From NCBI GenBank assembly GCA_965200875.1, contig OZ241456.1, positions 704,001 through 768,000 on the forward strand: a DNA stretch of 64,000 nt, written 5' to 3'. The notes beneath the pieces were generated by a model. That model was not told the DNA's origin, did no database searches, and saw only the letters and a program-made list of their open reading frames with translations. Made by a program: the position numbers and the translations under genes. Origin of the DNA: Bdellovibrionales bacterium (GTDB lineage: Bacteria > Bdellovibrionota > Bdellovibrionia > Bdellovibrionales > UBA1609). This document shows positions 60,446-64,000 of the stretch, piece after piece (positions within the stretch are counted from its first letter, which is position 1; each line of letters starts with the position of its first letter).

Positions 60446-62170
60446 GTGAAATGGGAATTTGAACAGTATGGTGAAAAATCAGTTGAAAGAGATTCAAGCA
60501 GTGATAAATTTTTTAAAGAATCAACAGAATCTGATAGTCTCATAAGGGAATTTATACAAAACTCTCTGGATGCTCGTGCAAACAACAAACCGGTAAAGGT
60601 TATTATTCGAAAAAGAACTTTAGGGCAAAATTTTTTTCATTCTTTTTTATCCAGCTTAAAGCCACACCTCAAGGCTGTGGGTGTTTCTGTTCCAGATGGT
60701 AAAATTAATGTTATTGTGTTGGAGGACTTTAACACAAAAGGTTTGGAAGGGAAAAATCAACAGGATTTTTTTTATAAGGATAATATTACCAGCAAAACGG
60801 AAGGTGGAGGCAGTCACGGAATTGGCAAAGCTGTCTTTCACTCTTCAAGTAGCATTAAGAGCTTTTTTGGTTATTCTGTATTTGAAAATAACAAAAGTGT
60901 ATGTGTAGGTCGCTCTGTGCTCAAATCACACAGATTGAATAATTCCTTCGATACATTTCGTCCTGATGGTAGGTTGGAAATTAATACAAAAGAACATACC
61001 AATTTTATCACGGAGCTTTTTATGAGAAAGCAAAACGAAAAAGGGTTATCTGTGGCCATCCCTTATTGTGATATAGAGCTGAATGACATAAAGAACAGTT
61101 GTTTAAGACAATTTTATAAACCTATTATGAATAAAGAACTGGAAGTCATAGTTAACGATGAAAAGATTAATTATGATGTATTATTTGATTACATAGGCAA
61201 GGAAACTGAAAAACCGCTGGAAGCTAAAATCAAGCTGATATGGGAGTATAAAACTGCAAAGTCAAAAACATACAAAATATCAGAGAAAAACTGGAAACAA
61301 TCTAGATTTCCACAATTAAAGGAAGAAGAATTAAAGGCTCAAGACCAAATTTTTCTTATCAAGTGTGAAATTGAAATACCTTTTAAAAAACTGCCTCAGA
61401 CCAAAAAGTATGGTTCTGTAATCCTTCTTATAAAAAAATCAGTGGAGGATTCGCAAGATCAGATAATCGACTGTTGGAGAGATAACTTGTTGATTACCAA
61501 AGCTTTGGGATATGAAAAAAAAGAAAGAGAATATTCTGTAATTCTTTTAATTGATAATAATCCTTTAAGTGAATTACTACGAAAACTTGAAGACCCGGGA
61601 CACACTAAGTGGCAAACAGGACAAATGAAAGAAGATATAAAAGCAGAGTACAAAAATATTCAGAGCTTGGTCAAATTTATTAAAAAATTGCCATTGGAGA
61701 TCATACGTCAGATAAAACATCAACCTATTGAGCAAGACTCGAAATTTTTTGCTGATTATTTTCCTGAAAGTTCTTATGAAGAAAAAAAAGATATTACAGC
61801 AGAAGTGAATGGTGAAAGTAATGTGAGAGGAGGAACAAATGATATTGCTGATATGGAACCAAGCTTTCAGGATTTTAATTATAAGAAACACAAGAAAGGA
61901 GATGGCTTCAGGTTAACATTAAAAAACAAGACAGATTATCCTGATAAAGTGATAGTAAAAACAGCTTACGGCACCAACATAGGAAATGCCTTTAAAAACT
62001 ACGATGAAAGGGATTTTGAATTTGGTAAAGATATTAAGATAACTGCAAATAATGGAGAACAAATAAGCTCTAAAAAAAACAGTGCTCAGTATTCCATAAA
62101 CAATGGAAAATTTTCCTTAGCATTTTCCGGCTTTGATCCTGATAAGGAATTGAGAATAGAGGTAAAATGA
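60446..62170 (+). CDS. GHKL/HATPase-like protein of unknown function (ORF open from 60362)
   Basis: REFIQNSLDA (N box), EDFNTKGL (G1-like), GGSHGIGK (G2). Confidence 0.7.
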   Translation: MKWEFEQYGEKSVERDSSSDKFFKESTESDSLIREFIQNSLDARANNKPVKVIIRKRTLGQNFFHSFLSSLKPHLKAVGVSVPDGKINVIVLEDFNTKGLEGKNQQDFFYKDNITSKTEGGGSHGIGKAVFHSSSSIKSFFGYSVFENNKSVCVGRSVLKSHRLNNSFDTFRPDGRLEINTKEHTNFITELFMRKQNEKGLSVAIPYCDIELNDIKNSCLRQFYKPIMNKELEVIVNDEKINYDVLFDYIGKETEKPLEAKIKLIWEYKTAKSKTYKISEKNWKQSRFPQLKEEELKAQDQIFLIKCEIEIPFKKLPQTKKYGSVILLIKKSVEDSQDQIIDCWRDNLLITKALGYEKKEREYSVILLIDNNPLSELLRKLEDPGHTKWQTGQMKEDIKAEYKNIQSLVKFIKKLPLEIIRQIKHQPIEQDSKFFADYFPESSYEEKKDITAEVNGESNVRGGTNDIADMEPSFQDFNYKKHKKGDGFRLTLKNKTDYPDKVIVKTAYGTNIGNAFKNYDERDFEFGKDIKITANNGEQISSKKNSAQYSINNGKFSLAFSGFDPDKELRIEVK

Positions 62171-62427
62171 GAAGAGTAAACCGCCCACACAAAAGACAAA
62201 ATATAAAAAAACAGGATCTCATTCTGGATATTTTGGAGGAAGATAAGGCTTTATTTGTCAATATGAGGTTTGAAAATTTATCAGATTATCATTTTCCTGA
62301 TAAAGCTAAAATATTTTTGGAAGTTTATAATAAAACAGATATAGAGCATATCAGTTTGGGTGAAGTGTGTTCTTTTTCAGGAGCAGTAAAAAAACCAATT
62401 CCAGTTTTTCAGGATTGGAGGAATTAA
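62167..62427 (+). CDS. Short, possibly truncated partner protein coupled to the GHKL-like gene
   Basis: ATGA overlap; 86 aa followed by repeat relics. Confidence 0.5.
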   Translation: MRRVNRPHKRQNIKKQDLILDILEEDKALFVNMRFENLSDYHFPDKAKIFLEVYNKTDIEHISLGEVCSFSGAVKKPIPVFQDWRN

Positions 62428-62631
62428 AAAAATCGGAAAAAAATAAAGATAAGAAGCCCAACTCAAGCATGATGAGTTTCAGTTATTTATAACAGACTAA
62501 AGCCTTATTTTTAACAAGCTGTTGCAGACAGAGAGTTACGACTTTAGCCGTGGGTAAATAAGCCAGACGAGTGATACTTGCAAGCTTTGTTAAAGTCAGT
62601 TATGGCTTTTATAAAAATGGGATATAGTATA

Positions 62632-62744
62632 TAGTAGCTCGTGAAAAAGTATGTTATTTTTTTAGATTCCCGCCTTCACGGGACTGAAAAGCCAAGTTGT
62701 TGGCTTTTCAGCTGTATGAAAAGGGTTTTTCACGGCGGACGACT
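62632..62744 (+). mobile_element. Family B MITE/REP-like element
   Basis: Ends TAGTAGCTCGTGAAAAA / TTTTTCACGGCGGACGA; internal ATTCCCGCCTTCACGGGACT and TGAAAAGCCAA/TTGGCTTTTCA hairpins. Confidence 0.7.
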
Positions 62745-62790
62745 TAGAGAGCTTTCAGTTTAGGAAAGGATATAAAACTCAGCTGATAAT

Positions 62791-63750
62791 ATGATAAAGA
62801 AACTGATTTTTATTTTGTTTTGGTTTTTTGTCGGATGTTCTTCTGATGAAGAAGAAAAATCTGAGACTTTGTATGGTTTTCCTCCATTGTCTCAAGGACA
62901 ACTTATTGATCTGAAAAATCAATCAGAAAAGATAGAAGGTTTTTTTGTAACAACGAGTTTAAGTGATTTGGACCTCTCTTGGTCGGAAAGAGGTTTTTAT
63001 ATTTATGTGTGTATTCGTTTTTTGAATGATCAGGCAGTCAATAACAAATTGAAAAAATCTGCTATTCCTTTATTGGTGCAAGTCAGTAATCATAAAGACA
63101 GACCGGAAGCAGAATCTCTTTTGCTTTTTCATCCTGAAACCATAAAGCCGGATAAAAATGGAGTTTTTTACTATGAAGAAAGACAATTTTTTAAGTTTAT
63201 GGATTCTCCTATTATTATCAGAAATAAAGAGTACAATATATTTGATGTGGTGTTTAATGAGAAAAGTAAAATTACTGAAATGTTTTTTGTTAAGAAAGGT
63301 GTTAGTGCAGAGGAGTTGAACCGAGCTATTTCTGCTGGTAATAAAAATGATGAAGGTGATGATGAAGAGGATAGCACTAAAGTGACTGATGACAATCAAG
63401 ATAATGATGAGAATAGTGGTGGCAATGGGAGCAAGAAGGATATAATTTTAGGAGTGACTGCTTTCGCAAAACAATTTTCCAATTCCTGTGAAGATTGGGC
63501 TATTTTGAATTACAATCATTCGAAGGAATTGCCAGATTATCTGAAGGTTTCTTCTGGCAGTGGAGATGATGGCAATGCAGGCAACAAAAATGAAACAGGA
63601 ACAGGAGAAGATGGGAATGTTACAGATAATGCCGATGGAGCAGAACCTGCAAAGGCGGGTTCTCAAACTAATAACCCTGACACCTCTGGTATTCCGTCTC
63701 AAGAGCCTATTCCAGAGGATGCGCCTCATAGACCGTTGCCACAAAACTAA
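62791..63750 (+). CDS. Hypothetical lipoprotein with acidic low-complexity segments
   Basis: Lipobox FVGC. Confidence 0.65.
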   Translation: MIKKLIFILFWFFVGCSSDEEEKSETLYGFPPLSQGQLIDLKNQSEKIEGFFVTTSLSDLDLSWSERGFYIYVCIRFLNDQAVNNKLKKSAIPLLVQVSNHKDRPEAESLLLFHPETIKPDKNGVFYYEERQFFKFMDSPIIIRNKEYNIFDVVFNEKSKITEMFFVKKGVSAEELNRAISAGNKNDEGDDEEDSTKVTDDNQDNDENSGGNGSKKDIILGVTAFAKQFSNSCEDWAILNYNHSKELPDYLKVSSGSGDDGNAGNKNETGTGEDGNVTDNADGAEPAKAGSQTNNPDTSGIPSQEPIPEDAPHRPLPQN

Positions 63751-63811
63751 TTGCTAATTCGTGTTTTGCGAATCTTTTTATGATATTAAGCTTACAAAAA
63801 GGAAATGTTTA

Positions 63812-64000
63812 ATGAGGTTTTATTTTTTAAAAGTTATTTTGATTTTCTGTGTGTTTACTCTCAGCTCTTGTATAAAAAAAAAGCAAAGAGATCGAGATCT
63901 GTTTCCCCTAAAAGATACTTTTCGGTTTAATATTTCTACAGAACCTCCCACTTTGGATTGGAGCAAAGCCACTGACACAACATCCAGCCTTATTGTGGAT
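63812..64000 (+). CDS. oppA: Peptide ABC transporter substrate-binding lipoprotein (OppA family), 3'-truncated by the window edge
   Basis: Manual translation MRFYFLKVILIFCVFTLSSC...FNISTEPPTLDWSKATD. Confidence 0.75.
   Translation, partial: MRFYFLKVILIFCVFTLSSCIKKKQRDRDLFPLKDTFRFNISTEPPTLDWSKATDTTSSLIVD

Overview
AT-rich bacterial chromosomal window. Gene content (mevalonate mvaD, TtpC-type TonB cluster, ActF, many secreted hypothetical proteins, type IV pilin-like genes) suggests a Bdellovibrionota-like organism; this is inference. Housekeeping genes: yebC-family, valS, FAH-family hydrolase, purN, mvaD, ahpC, ferritin-like, VKOR-DsbA, Glu/Leu/Phe/Val dehydrogenase, yfgM/bamB-like, TBDR-TonB/ExbBD, tRNA-Asp, ctaA-like, S10 peptidase, purM, der, actF-like and a partial oppA. 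Accessory blocks: (i) seven secreted pentapeptide-repeat paralogues at three loci, with constant ends, variable cores and shared intergenic modules; (ii) a nuclease-STAND (Avs-like) defence gene split by a one-base frameshift, repairable at an A8 tract; (iii) a three-gene pilin-like operon ending in a very Cys-rich protein; (iv) a fused restriction-modification gene followed by a GHKL-like ATPase and a short partner gene; (v) an RNase III with a signal-peptide-like N-terminus and a second, catalytically degenerate RNase III domain. Intergenic DNA carries two related MITE/REP-like repeat families, one with a rod-like hairpin core whose closing stem changes sequence between copies while keeping its pairing. 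All family assignments come from motif recognition by eye; no searches were run.
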